In this document: in pieces, positions 38,572 through 48,839 of the stretch
Numbering within the stretch: the stretch's first letter is position 1
How the letters are laid out: each line of letters begins with the position of its first letter
Assembly: GCA_011176685.1 (NCBI GenBank)
Contig: DUED01000001.1
Span: forward strand, 23,231 to 87,230
DNA from: Anaerolineae bacterium
GTDB taxonomy: Bacteria > Chloroflexota > Anaerolineae > Anaerolineales > Anaerolineaceae
Direction of reading: 5' to 3'
DNA length: 64,000 nucleotides
Program-made: the position numbers and the translations under genes
Notes under the pieces: model-generated
The model's database searches: none
What the model saw: the letters and a program-made list of their open reading frames with translations, nothing else
What the model was told of the DNA's origin: nothing

Positions 38572-39300
38572 CTAAACTAAGTGGCGACCACCATCGACGT
38601 GGATAATTTCACCCGTAACATACTCGGGGCCTGCAAGCAGGAATAGAAAGACCTTACCGACTTCGTCTAATTCTGCCCATCGACCAGCTGGAACTTGCTT
38701 GATAATATTATTAGTAGGCCCTCCGTTGGAGGGGGGGAGAATAGCACCAAGAGCTAGACCATTTACAACGATATTTGGAGCGAGTGAGAGTGCCATCGCT
38801 TTAGTCATGGCAGCGAGAGCAGCTTTACTTATGGAGTATGGAAAATGATCCTTACCTGGGCGTAACGCACGCCAATCGATTATATTGATAATTCGCCCTT
38901 TTTTCTTTCCTAAGTGCTTCGCAATTAATTGGCATAATAAAAATGGTGTTGTGAGGTTGATAGCAAGATGGTGCTTCCAATCTTCAAATTTAGTTTCAAA
39001 AAAGTCAATGGGTTTGAAAATGGCCGCATTGTTTATCAACACAGACACATCTTTTGCAATTATGAGAGGTTCTAATTTATTAGCAGCGATTGTGGGATGT
39101 GTGAAATCTGCTGCAACAATCCATGCATTTGATCCAAATTGTCGAATTCTTTTTGCGGTTTCTTCTGCCTGATCTTGAGAATGACCATGATGAATGATAA
39201 TATCTGCACCAGCTTTTGCGGCGGTAATGGCAAGGTATTGACCTATTCGGCGCGCCGCACCAGTAATCAATATAGTTTTTCCTTTGAGAGGTTTTCCCAT
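38572..39300 (-). CDS. SDR-family oxidoreductase, possibly a pteridine reductase given its folate-gene context
   Basis: N-terminal TGAARRIG cofactor motif. YxxxK catalytic motif (YSISKAA). 242 aa. Confidence 0.65.
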   Translation of the reverse strand: MGKPLKGKTILITGAARRIGQYLAITAAKAGADIIIHHGHSQDQAEETAKRIRQFGSNAWIVAADFTHPTIAANKLEPLIIAKDVSVLINNAAIFKPIDFFETKFEDWKHHLAINLTTPFLLCQLIAKHLGKKKGRIINIIDWRALRPGKDHFPYSISKAALAAMTKAMALSLAPNIVVNGLALGAILPPSNGGPTNNIIKQVPAGRWAELDEVGKVFLFLLAGPEYVTGEIIHVDGGRHLV

Positions 39301-39415
39301 TAATTCATTCCTTTTCTTAATAGTATGAAATTAATAATTTATGTCAAGGTCTTGATTCTATTAAATAACCATATAAAGCTATGAGTATTTTGGGTTTATA
39401 AGAATAAATTGACTA

Positions 39416-39874
39416 ATGGGAGTTACAAAAATCATTGATCGTATTCTAAATGTTAGCTATGATGTTGCAAAAGCAAAATGTGAATTTTTCATAAAACGCA
39501 TGGGTGATGTGAATGATACTGATAGGTTGGAAGAGATTTTATTGAAGCTTGATGGCGTGAATGATGCTCCTGCTTTAGCACAGGCTGACATTGGACTTGC
39601 CATTGGAACTGGTACAGATGTGGCTGTTGCTGCAGCACCCGTTACGCTAATGAGCGGGGATCTAAAAGGGGTGGTTAGGACAGTCATGCTTTCAAAGAAG
39701 ACTTTACAGACAATTCGCCAGAATCTCTTTTGGGCTTCTTTCTACAACATTATCTTGATTCCTGTCGCTGCTATTGGATTACTCAACCCAATGCTTGCAG
39801 CAGGAGCCATGGCTTTTTCGAGTGTGTTTGTTGTTACAAATAGTCTTAGATTAAGGACTGCAAAGATTGAGTAA
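39416..39874 (+). pseudogene. C-terminal fragment of a heavy-metal P-type ATPase (last roughly 120 aa conserved: [25 protein letters not shown]...WA..YN...IP.AA); N-terminal ATPase body absent
   Basis: Matches the GDGxNDxP-to-end region of P1B-ATPases, including the final two TM helices. The first roughly 40 codons of the ORF do not match the family. No upstream ATPase ORF exists. Confidence 0.6.
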
Positions 39875-39952
39875 ATAATTTATTTTCATAAAAAAGGTGT
39901 AAAAATCGTCGCAATGGTAAAATTAGCTAAAATTCTCTATCGAGGGTAGTTA

Positions 39953-41965
39953 ATGAGTATCAAAGAAGATTTACAGAACCGCGCTATTAATACAATTCGT
40001 TTTCTATCTGCTGATGGTGTTCAGAAAGCTAATTCGGGGCATCCCGGTTTGCCTATGGGTGCGGCATCTGTAGCTTATACAGTCTGGATACGTCATCTAA
40101 AAATTAACCCTTGCAATCCGGATTGGCCAAATAGAGATCGATTTATACTTTCGGGGGGGCATGGCTCAATGTTGCTTTATAGCCTGCTCTATTTAACGGG
40201 TTTTAACCTCCCCATGGATGAATTAAAAAAATTTAGACAGTGGGGTAGCCGTACACCAGGTCATCCCGAATATGGATTAACACCTGGTATTGAAATAACC
40301 ACTGGCCCTTTGGGTCAAGGTTTTGCTAATGGGGTTGGCATGGCAATTGCCGAAGCTCATATGAGCGCTGAGTTCAATCGTCTCGATCACGAGATTGTGA
40401 ACCATTACATTTATGCAATCGTAACCGATGGAGATTTAATGGAAGGTGTAGCGTCTGAAGCTGCTTCACTAGCCGGACACTTAAAATTGGGGAAATTAAT
40501 TTATCTCTATGATGACAATCGCATTTCAATAGATGGTTCAACAAGCCTTGCTTTTACTGAAGATCGTGCGAAGCGGTTTGATGCTTACGGCTGGCAGGTC
40601 ATACATGTTGCAGATGGCAATGATGTGAATGCAATTGACGATGCAATTATCAAAGCGAAGAAGGATTCACGGCCATCCCTTATCATTTGCCGTACACATA
40701 TTGGCTTTGGCTTACCGACCAAACAAGATACTGCCAAGGCGCATGGTGCCCCACCTGGAGAAGAGGAACTGCTGGCTGCAAAGAAGAATCTGAACTGGCC
40801 AATAGAACCGCAATTCTTTATCCCGGATGGTGTTTTAGCACATTTCCGTGAAGTTAAAGACCGCGGGGAGAGGGATGAAGCGGAATGGATAGAAAGATTT
40901 AATAACTACAAAAAAGATTTTCCGGAAGAAGCAAAAGAGTTCACTAGACGAGTGTCAGGGAAGCTGCCTTCAGAATGGGAAAAAGATTTACCCATTTTCC
41001 CGTCAGATGAAAAGGGATTAGCTACACGTGCTTCTTCCGGTGAAGTGCTAAATGCACTTGCAGAAAAGCTACCTGAATTAATGGGTGGATCCGCAGACCT
41101 TACGCCTTCCACAAAGACTTGGCTAAATAATAGTGATGCATTTAGTGCAAATAATCATTCGGGTAGGAACATTCATTTTGGCGTACGTGAACACGGTATG
41201 GGAGCGATACTGAATGGCATGGCAGTTTATAAAGGCCTTATTCCTTATGGTGCCACTTTCTTGGTTTTTTCGGATTATTTACGTCCTGCTATTAGGGTTT
41301 CGGCGCTTTCAAAAATTCCGACAATCTGGGTATTTACGCATGACAGCATTGGTCTTGGGGAGGACGGTCCTACCCACCAGCCGGTGGAGCATCTTGCCGG
41401 ATTGAGGGTGATACCGAATTTAGTGACCATTAGACCTGCGGATGCTAATGAAGTGAGAGAAGCCTGGAAAATAGCTATACAAAGAAAAGAAGGTCCTACT
41501 GCTTTAATATTAAGCCGGCAAAAACTGCCGACATTTGACCGAGGGAATATGTATGCAGCTGAAGGATTACGATTTGGGGCGTATGTATTGAAAGACTTTG
41601 GCAGTGGGGAAATAGATTTGCTTTTAATGGCTAGCGGTTCGGAAGTTCAGTTGATTGTAAAGGCAGCTGAAGAGCTTATGAAAATGGATATCAGCACGCG
41701 TGTTATTTCTTTCCCTTCATGGGAATTATTTAATCAGCAGCCGCAAGTTTATAAAGATAAAGTATTAATTCCATCCATAAAAAAACGCCTGGCTGTTGAG
41801 GCAGGTGTTTCTTTAGGGTGGAGACGTTGGGTAGGGAACGTTGGGGATGTAATTAGTATAGAAAAATTTGGTGCATCAGCACCAGCTAAAATAATTTTCC
41901 AAAAATATGGATTCACAGTGGAGAATGTCATCAAGAAGGCGAAGAAACTGTTAGGAAATGGATAG
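39953..41965 (+). CDS. tkt: Transketolase
   Basis: Thiamine-diphosphate motifs (GHPG, GDG.xxEG), 670 aa, typical Tkt N-terminus. Confidence 0.9.
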   Translation: MSIKEDLQNRAINTIRFLSADGVQKANSGHPGLPMGAASVAYTVWIRHLKINPCNPDWPNRDRFILSGGHGSMLLYSLLYLTGFNLPMDELKKFRQWGSRTPGHPEYGLTPGIEITTGPLGQGFANGVGMAIAEAHMSAEFNRLDHEIVNHYIYAIVTDGDLMEGVASEAASLAGHLKLGKLIYLYDDNRISIDGSTSLAFTEDRAKRFDAYGWQVIHVADGNDVNAIDDAIIKAKKDSRPSLIICRTHIGFGLPTKQDTAKAHGAPPGEEELLAAKKNLNWPIEPQFFIPDGVLAHFREVKDRGERDEAEWIERFNNYKKDFPEEAKEFTRRVSGKLPSEWEKDLPIFPSDEKGLATRASSGEVLNALAEKLPELMGGSADLTPSTKTWLNNSDAFSANNHSGRNIHFGVREHGMGAILNGMAVYKGLIPYGATFLVFSDYLRPAIRVSALSKIPTIWVFTHDSIGLGEDGPTHQPVEHLAGLRVIPNLVTIRPADANEVREAWKIAIQRKEGPTALILSRQKLPTFDRGNMYAAEGLRFGAYVLKDFGSGEIDLLLMASGSEVQLIVKAAEELMKMDISTRVISFPSWELFNQQPQVYKDKVLIPSIKKRLAVEAGVSLGWRRWVGNVGDVISIEKFGASAPAKIIFQKYGFTVENVIKKAKKLLGNG

Positions 41966-41977
41966 GAGAGATTATTT

Positions 41978-42451
41978 ATGCGTATTTCAGTTGCGTGTGA
42001 TCATGCAGGATTTCCATTGAAAAGTGCTGTAATTGAGTCAATAAAGTCATCTGGTCATGAAGTATTAGATTTAGGAACGAATAATCGGGAACGTGTGGAT
42101 TATCCAGATTATGCATATAAAGCTGGTAAAACTATTCAGGAAGGAAAAGTTGAACGCGCTGTTGTAATATGCGGATCAGGTGTTGGGGCTAGCATCACAG
42201 CTAATAAAATGAAAGGAATTTATGCGGCTGTTTGTCATGATCCATACACAGCGCACCAGGGTGTTGAACATGATGGAATGAACATGCTATGTTTGGGTGC
42301 GAGAGTCATAGGTTCTAAACTAGCTATGGAAGTTATTAAAAGTTACTTGTCTGCACAAGTTGAACAGGTTGAACGTCATCAAAAACGCCGCCAAAAAATC
42401 AAAGCAATCGAGGATGGATCTTATAGAGCAGAAAACACCCTGACTTCTTAA
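41978..42451 (+). CDS. rpiB: Ribose-5-phosphate isomerase B
   Basis: MRISVACDHAGF...CGSGVG motifs of RpiB/LacAB. 157 aa. Confidence 0.85.
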   Translation: MRISVACDHAGFPLKSAVIESIKSSGHEVLDLGTNNRERVDYPDYAYKAGKTIQEGKVERAVVICGSGVGASITANKMKGIYAAVCHDPYTAHQGVEHDGMNMLCLGARVIGSKLAMEVIKSYLSAQVEQVERHQKRRQKIKAIEDGSYRAENTLTS

Positions 42452-42659
42452 CCCGTAAGGTGATAGTTTCTAATTCCATGCACGGTTCTACTTTAAAGTT
42501 GAATTGATGTTATTAAAAAGGTTCTTATTGGTCTTCTACTAACGCTAATAGCAAGGCACCCAATACCCCTGCTCGATCCCCCAATTTTGGCGGAACTATA
42601 TTGTTGTCGATATATTCAAGAATTGCAGGCGATTGTATGCAATTATTCAATAATTTTTA

Positions 42660-43401
42660 TTAACTTTCCCCGTATTCTAAAAAGATGATCTTGATGCATA
42701 AAGCCCCTAATAAAATGGTTTTCTGAGGAGATAAAGTGCAAACAAGATTCTCAAATGCCAATGCCAAATAATCGGCTTCCAAATCCCAGGCTGTATGATC
42801 TAATGGAAGAAGGTCTTCAGCCTTTTTTCCCAGCGCTTTGAAATAGATGGCCCACTGGCTAGTCCTCCAAAACAATCCCCATTAAATGGATAGCAACCTT
42901 TGAAGGGATCTTTGCCAATATTGATTGGATCAACAAATTACTCATTTTGGGATGAACAAGCCTATGTAATGGTTTTTCATTAATTAAAGCACTACCGCCT
43001 GTACCAGTGCCGATGGTCAAATATAGGATATCTTTAACATCTTTACCCTCGCCACAACGTTTCTCGCTCAATGCTGCTGTATTTGTATCTGTATCAAGCG
43101 AAATCGGCATATGAAGCGCTTTTAAGATTAACCCGACAATATCAATATTCGCCCAACCGGGCTTGGGTGTTGTTGTAATAAAACCATAGGTTAGTGAATT
43201 AGGATTGAGATCAAGAGGTCTAAAGCTACCGATACCAATACCACGTAAATATATTTGCCTCCCTTTTATTTCAGAAGTGAAAAAAATAACGACTTTTTTT
43301 AAGGTTTCTATAAGTGTTGTTGTTGGAAACTTAACCTCTTAGAGAATTTGGTTTGGTTCATTTGCGATAATATGCACGAATTTTGTCCCGCCTGATTTCA
43401 T
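42660..43401 (-). pseudogene. Disrupted ROK-family sugar kinase (premature TAA after codon about 21, a frameshift near 42860-42875, truncated C-terminus)
   Basis: Reverse-strand translation gives MKSGGTKFVHIIANEPNQIL*, then ...IGIGSFRPLD...MPISLDTDTNTAALSEKR...LTIGTGTGGSAL. ROK motifs are present but spread over at least two frames. Confidence 0.6.
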
Positions 43402-43614
43402 TCCGCCACAATAATGCATTGATTTAATCCTCCGATTCATAGGATTTTATTTTTTGTCCTTTATGATTTGTTTAATATCTTGGGTTTGAAGACACTTGTC
43501 GGGTATAATTAATTGGTTTGGTTATTAGTATCCTATTAGATTATTTAGTGTTAGATAAATAGCAATAGTATAAGTGATTAGTCCGTTATTTGTCACTTGG
43601 CGGGAGAGTTTATT

Positions 43615-44793
43615 ATGGATATTTTTAAGAAATGCAGTCAATTTACAAAGGCTAAGGATGCAATGGAACAAGGTCTTTATCCTTATTTTATTCCTCTGGA
43701 TGAAAATGAGGGTACAGAGGTAGTGTATGAGGGAAAGCGCATTATTATGTGTGGCTCTAATAATTACCTTGGTTTAACCACTCATCCTAAAGTGAAGGAA
43801 GCTGCGAAACAAGCAGTGGATCGCTATGGCACCAGTTGCACAGGATCCAGGTTTCTGAATGGCACCCTTAAGATACATGAACAACTCGAACATGAATTGG
43901 CTGAGTTTGTTGGCAAACAAGAAGCTCTGATATTTTCAACAGGAATGCAGACAAATCTAGGAACAATCAGCTCACTTATTGGTCGGGATGACGTGGTTAT
44001 TCTGGACAAAGAAGACCACGCGAGTATTGTGGATGGTGCTAGATTGGGGTTTGGGAAGATCGAGCGTTTCCGCCATAATGATATTGATCATTTGGAACGT
44101 GTGCTGAAATCAATTCCGGAGGAAAAAGGTAAGTTAATCATAGTCGATGGAGTTTTTAGCATGGGTGGGGACTTGGCAGATTTACCCGGTATTGTTCCAT
44201 TGGCAAAAAAATATAACGTGCGGGTAATGGTAGATGATGCCCATGGAATGGGCGTTACAGGGGACGGAAGGGGTACTGCGGCGCAGTTTGGGCTAACGGA
44301 TGAAGTAGATTTAATTATGTCCACCTTCAGCAAAGCATTTGCATCTCTGGGAGGGTTTATTGCTGGTGATGCTGAAACTATTCATTTTATTAAGCATAAT
44401 GCTCGCTCACTCATTTTCAGCGCTAGCATCCCGGCTGCCAATGCAGCATCTGTTCTAGCGGTACTGGATATCATCCGCAAGGAACCGGAAAGAGTAATGC
44501 GTGTTAATGAAATAGCGGATTATATGCAAAAGAGTTTTCGCGAAACTGGCTTTAATATTGGTGATTCTGTTACCCCCATCATTCCAGTTATTATAGGCGA
44601 CGATACCAAGACTTTTATGATGTGGAAATACTTATTTGAAAAAGGCGTTTTTGTAAATCCTGTCATTTCACCGGCAGTAGCGCCAGGACAACAGTTATTA
44701 AGGACCAGTTATATGGCTACCCATACTTACGAGCAAATGGATAGAGTGCTGCAAATATTCAAGCAGGTGGGAAAAGAACTAGGAATAAATTAA
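43615..44793 (+). CDS. PLP-dependent alpha-oxoamine synthase family acyltransferase (AONS/KBL/SPT family). It resembles serine palmitoyltransferase-like members most closely.
   Basis: Active-site lysine motif STFSKAFASLGGFIAG. N-terminal GLYPYF. About 390 aa. The start is taken at the ATG with a GGGAGAG RBS; the ORF track uses an upstream TTG. Confidence 0.7.
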   Translation: MDIFKKCSQFTKAKDAMEQGLYPYFIPLDENEGTEVVYEGKRIIMCGSNNYLGLTTHPKVKEAAKQAVDRYGTSCTGSRFLNGTLKIHEQLEHELAEFVGKQEALIFSTGMQTNLGTISSLIGRDDVVILDKEDHASIVDGARLGFGKIERFRHNDIDHLERVLKSIPEEKGKLIIVDGVFSMGGDLADLPGIVPLAKKYNVRVMVDDAHGMGVTGDGRGTAAQFGLTDEVDLIMSTFSKAFASLGGFIAGDAETIHFIKHNARSLIFSASIPAANAASVLAVLDIIRKEPERVMRVNEIADYMQKSFRETGFNIGDSVTPIIPVIIGDDTKTFMMWKYLFEKGVFVNPVISPAVAPGQQLLRTSYMATHTYEQMDRVLQIFKQVGKELGIN

Positions 44794-44812
44794 TGGGTGC
44801 GACCTGCTCTAT

Positions 44813-45397
44813 GTGCCCCATTTATCTTTAACAATGGATTTTTTTGATTTTGTAGCTCCCTTATATGATCGCATATTTCCTATAGATAGAAAAGATTTGT
44901 GTGGGCTGATTGAGGTACCAACGGGTGGATGGTTGTTAGATATTGGTGGCGGCACTGGTCGAGTTTCAGGGCTGTTTTCTAGAAAAGAAGGTTTAATTGT
45001 TGTTGTTGATGTTTCCTATCGAATGCTGCTGCAAGTAAGAATGAAAATCGGTTTGCATCCGGTCTGTGCGCAAGCAGAGAATTTGCCCTTTAAAGCAGAA
45101 GAATTTACCCGTATTATCATGGTGGATACCTTGCACCATATTAAGGACCAAGAGCGGGGGCTTTCTGAAGCACGAAGAGTGCTTGCGGAAAAGGGCAGGC
45201 TCATTATTAAAGAGCCAGATATCGATAAACCTTCTGTTAAAGTCATTGCTTTCCTCGAGAAGATACTATTAATGCAAAGCCGATTTTTATCCAAAAAGCA
45301 GCTTGATGAGATTTTTAACAAATTATTATTCCATACAGAATTTGTTTCATATGGATTATTCAATTGTTTTTTGCTTCAGAAATTAAGATGGGATTGA
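44813..45397 (+). CDS. Class I SAM-dependent methyltransferase (small, type-11-like)
   Basis: LDIGGGTGR glycine-rich SAM motif and a conserved acidic residue after beta-2. 194 aa. Confidence 0.65.
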   Translation: MPHLSLTMDFFDFVAPLYDRIFPIDRKDLCGLIEVPTGGWLLDIGGGTGRVSGLFSRKEGLIVVVDVSYRMLLQVRMKIGLHPVCAQAENLPFKAEEFTRIIMVDTLHHIKDQERGLSEARRVLAEKGRLIIKEPDIDKPSVKVIAFLEKILLMQSRFLSKKQLDEIFNKLLFHTEFVSYGLFNCFLLQKLRWD

Positions 45398-45469
45398 TTG
45401 GAATTACTCTTTGTATTTTAGTAGGATGATACCCTAAGAGTAGGCTGTCCGATTGTGAAATCTTGCCTA

Positions 45470-45811
45470 CTAGTAAAGTCCCCAATCCAGCCCACTGCCA
45501 CCTTCTATCATAGACTGATCCCAAATTTCTTTACCCAATTCCACTTTTGCAGGTATCCCTAAAGTTTCTTCAGCCTTTCTTCGCGCTGCTTCAAGCATTG
45601 CTGGACCAAAAGGGCAATAAGGAGTCGTAAGGATCATTACAATAGTTACTCTATCTTGGCCAAGACGGATATCACGAATTAACCCAAGTTGAATGATATC
45701 AGTTCCGATCTCTGGATCGCGGACTGCTCGTAAGGCTTCTCTGAGCTTTCTACAAGTTTCCGGGTTTGACTTATCTGCTTCCCAAGTGTGAGAAAGATTT
45801 TGTTCGGTCAT
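45470..45811 (-). CDS. DUF59 / MIP18-family Fe-S assembly protein (SufT-like)
   Basis: Conserved IxDPExG...L.L....C(P) layout (VRDPEIGTDIIQLGLI...TTPYCP). 113 aa. Adjacent to sufR. Confidence 0.65.
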   Translation of the reverse strand: MTEQNLSHTWEADKSNPETCRKLREALRAVRDPEIGTDIIQLGLIRDIRLGQDRVTIVMILTTPYCPFGPAMLEAARRKAEETLGIPAKVELGKEIWDQSMIEGGSGLDWGLY

Positions 45812-46427
45812 TTTTATATAAGGGACTTATTGTGTATTTACAAAGATTGTTTTCCATTTTTGAGTGTTTAATTCGTTTAGCAGGAATCGACAATATATTT
45901 GCTATCAGGGTTTTGTCAAACATACAAATTTCCGGATGGTGTTTTCCAACTTGATAGAAAGGACAGTAAATTTCATAAATAATATATTTATTATTCTTTT
46001 TTTTCCATTTTAAATCAAAACCCTCTTGAACCATAATATTTTTTAAAAGATCAAGTCTTTCCTCGATGCTCATAGAGCTAATAATTGTCTTGTAATTGGC
46101 TGTCAATTTGTCTGCCATTCCTTTAAAAATATTCTTTACTTCTTTTTCGGGCAGCATTTCTTTTAACTGTTCAATGATGGAATTTGTCAAATGGAAATAA
46201 CGCGTCGGGAATTTTTCCTCACCCTTATTGGTTAAGATAAATACCAACCGCGGACGACCTACACCATGCCTTTCTTCCTCTGCAGCCAACAGACCATCTG
46301 CTTGCAAGTTGGTCAGGTGGTGGCGTACTGAGATGGCATTGATCCCAACCTTTTCAGCGATTTCCACAACCGTTGATTTGGGATAAATTTTTATTGTCTG
46401 AAGGACTTTCTCTCGTGTGCTTTTCAT
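45771..46427 (-). CDS. sufR: SufR-like winged-helix transcriptional regulator with a C-terminal Cys-containing domain
   Basis: N-terminal wHTH (REKVLQTIKIYPKSTVVEIAEKVGINAISVRHHLTNL). The C-terminal region has spaced Cys residues (CPF...C...C). Transcribed divergently from sufCBD. Confidence 0.55.
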   Translation of the reverse strand: MKSTREKVLQTIKIYPKSTVVEIAEKVGINAISVRHHLTNLQADGLLAAEEERHGVGRPRLVFILTNKGEEKFPTRYFHLTNSIIEQLKEMLPEKEVKNIFKGMADKLTANYKTIISSMSIEERLDLLKNIMVQEGFDLKWKKKNNKYIIYEIYCPFYQVGKHHPEICMFDKTLIANILSIPAKRIKHSKMENNLCKYTISPLYKNDRTKSFSHLGSR

Positions 46428-46489
46428 GTTAATAAACCGATTATGATCTAAATCTTTTTATTGAGTATAACATGTTTATTGTTAATTAG

Positions 46490-46502
46490 TCAATAATATT
46501 GA
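46490..46502. promoter_or_regulatory. Perfect 13-bp palindrome TCAATAaTATTGA in the sufR/sufC divergent promoter. It is flanked by a distant inverted pair, TTGAGTATAACA (46460) and TGATATACTCAA (46539).
   Basis: Read from the sequence. A TATAAT-like box lies at 46507-46512. Candidate SufR operator. Confidence 0.3.
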
Positions 46503-46577
46503 TATTTATAATATATATTGACCAAAATAAACCGTTGTGATATACTCAATGGGAATTAAACTGGAAATCATTTTTAT

Positions 46578-47363
46578 ATGGTATTGAAAATGGCTGAGTT
46601 ACTGATTGAAGATCTGCATGTTGAGATTGAAGGAAAGAAAATTTTGAAAGGCATTAATTTACGTTTTCCACAGGGGGAGGTGCATGCGATTATGGGGCCT
46701 AATGCTACCGGTAAATCAACACTGGCGTATACACTAATGGGACATCCTCGCTATAATGTTTTGCGCGGTGATATCTTGTTTGATGGAAAAAGTATTTTAC
46801 CTTTATCGCCAGATAGACGTGCAAATGTGGGCATATTCCTGGCATTTCAGAACCCAGTTGCAATACCTGGTGTCACAGTTGCTAATTTTATTAGAACAGC
46901 AATTAATTCCCACAGGAAAGCACAGGATTCAAGTGCTAAAGGGATTCCGATTCCGCAATTTAGAAAATTAATGCTGGAAAAAATGGAACTTCTGCAAATA
47001 GATTCTTCTATGGGTGGGCGCTATTTGAATGACGGATTTTCCGGTGGAGAAAAGAAACGTGTTGAGATCTTACAAATGGCAATGCTTCAGCCAAGAATGG
47101 CTATCTTGGATGAAACAGATTCGGGCTTAGATATTGATGCACTGAGGATTATAGCTGAGGGGATTGAGGTATTGAAGAGCCCCAATCTTGGAATACTGAT
47201 TATTACGCACTACCAGCGCATATTGAATTACTTGAAACCAGATGTGGTCCATATCATGGTTGATGGTCAGATTGTGGAAAGTGGTAGCTCAGATTTGGCA
47301 TCGAAATTGGAACAAGAGGGCTACGACTGGGTTAAAGGGGAAAATGGTCGCAGACAAATTTAA
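46578..47363 (+). CDS. sufC: Fe-S cluster assembly ATPase SufC
   Basis: Walker [10 protein letters not shown], an LSGGE-like signature, 261 aa. Confidence 0.9.
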   Translation: MVLKMAELLIEDLHVEIEGKKILKGINLRFPQGEVHAIMGPNATGKSTLAYTLMGHPRYNVLRGDILFDGKSILPLSPDRRANVGIFLAFQNPVAIPGVTVANFIRTAINSHRKAQDSSAKGIPIPQFRKLMLEKMELLQIDSSMGGRYLNDGFSGGEKKRVEILQMAMLQPRMAILDETDSGLDIDALRIIAEGIEVLKSPNLGILIITHYQRILNYLKPDVVHIMVDGQIVESGSSDLASKLEQEGYDWVKGENGRRQI

Positions 47364-47389
47364 GCGATAATAATTTTCTTAATGAGTTC

Positions 47390-48811
47390 TTGGCAATAAT
47401 GAGCAAGAATAACAAAGCAGATTTGTTCGACAATATTGGAAAATACCGCTATGGGTTCAAGGATCCGGAAAATTATGTATTTAAATCACGCAAGGGGCTT
47501 GATCAGAAAATAATCGAACAAATCTCTTATTATAAAAATGAGCCAAAGTGGATGTTGGATTTTAGACTCAAGGCGTTTGACCATTTCCAGTCAATGCCTA
47601 TACCGCATTGGGGAGTGGATCTTTCCGAACTAGATTTGGATGATCTTCATTATTACGTGCGACCGATTGATAAGATAGGCCATACATGGGATGAGGTTCC
47701 AGAGACGATAAAAAATACTTTTGACCGCCTAGGGATTCCAGAAGCTGAGCAAAAATTCTTGGCTGGTGTCGGGGCTCAATATGAATCTGAGATGGTTTAC
47801 CATCATACCCAGCAGCAGCTGGAAAAACAAGGTGTGATTTTTCTTAGTATTGAAGAGGGCTTACAGAAATATCCAGACCTCTTTCGAGAACATTTTGGGA
47901 GGGTGGTACCGGTTAGAGACAATAAATTTGCAGCTTTGAATAGTGCTGTTTGGTCAGGTGGCTCGTTTGTTTATATTCCGCGGGGAGTTAAAGTGGAATT
48001 GCCTTTACAGGCTTATTTTCGATTGAATACTGCTAGTATCGGGCAATTTGAGCGGAGTATCATCATTGCTGATGAAGGCTCTTATGTGCATTACGTTGAG
48101 GGTTGTACCGCTCCTCAATATTCACGGGATTCATTACACAGTGGTGTCATAGAAATAATTGTCAAGAAAGGTGCTCGCGTTCGCTACACTACGATCCAGA
48201 ATTGGTCAACAAACGTCTTTAACCTCGTCACACAAAGAGCTTATGTGTATGAAGGTGCTACGATGGAATGGGTTGACAGCAACCTTGGCTCAAAAGCAAC
48301 CATGAAATATCCTTCCTGCTATTTGCTGGAGCCAGGTGCACATGGAGAGATTCTTTCGATGGCATTTGCAGGTCCAGGGCAACATCAGGATGCAGGTGGA
48401 AAAATGTTGCACTTGGCTAAAGCAACCAGCAGCAAGATTACTTCGAAATCGATCAGCAAAGGGGGCGGCCGTTCTTCATTCAGGGGATATCTAAAAGTTA
48501 GAAAAGGAGCTGAAGGAGCGAAAGCGAATGTAGTTTGTGATGCATTGATACTTGATCCCTTGTCTCGCTCAGATACTTATCCAATACTTGATGTAAATGA
48601 AGAGAAAGTTGCTGTTGGGCACGAGGCTTCTGTGTCAAAGGTGAGCGAGGAACAGCTCTTCTATCTTAAAAGCAGGGGATTAAATGAGGAAGAAGCAACA
48701 ACGATGGTTGTTTCAGGTTTTATCGAGCCACTGGTGAAGGAATTGCCAATGGAATACGCAGTTGAGATGAATCGCCTCATTCAGCTCCAAATGGAAGGAT
48801 CAGTGGGTTAA
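47390..48811 (+). CDS. sufB: Fe-S cluster assembly scaffold SufB
   Basis: 473 aa with the typical SufB beta-helix region. Confidence 0.9.
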   Translation: MAIMSKNNKADLFDNIGKYRYGFKDPENYVFKSRKGLDQKIIEQISYYKNEPKWMLDFRLKAFDHFQSMPIPHWGVDLSELDLDDLHYYVRPIDKIGHTWDEVPETIKNTFDRLGIPEAEQKFLAGVGAQYESEMVYHHTQQQLEKQGVIFLSIEEGLQKYPDLFREHFGRVVPVRDNKFAALNSAVWSGGSFVYIPRGVKVELPLQAYFRLNTASIGQFERSIIIADEGSYVHYVEGCTAPQYSRDSLHSGVIEIIVKKGARVRYTTIQNWSTNVFNLVTQRAYVYEGATMEWVDSNLGSKATMKYPSCYLLEPGAHGEILSMAFAGPGQHQDAGGKMLHLAKATSSKITSKSISKGGGRSSFRGYLKVRKGAEGAKANVVCDALILDPLSRSDTYPILDVNEEKVAVGHEASVSKVSEEQLFYLKSRGLNEEEATTMVVSGFIEPLVKELPMEYAVEMNRLIQLQMEGSVG

Positions 48812-48839
48812 ACAAACCCCATTAATATTACCTATTGCA

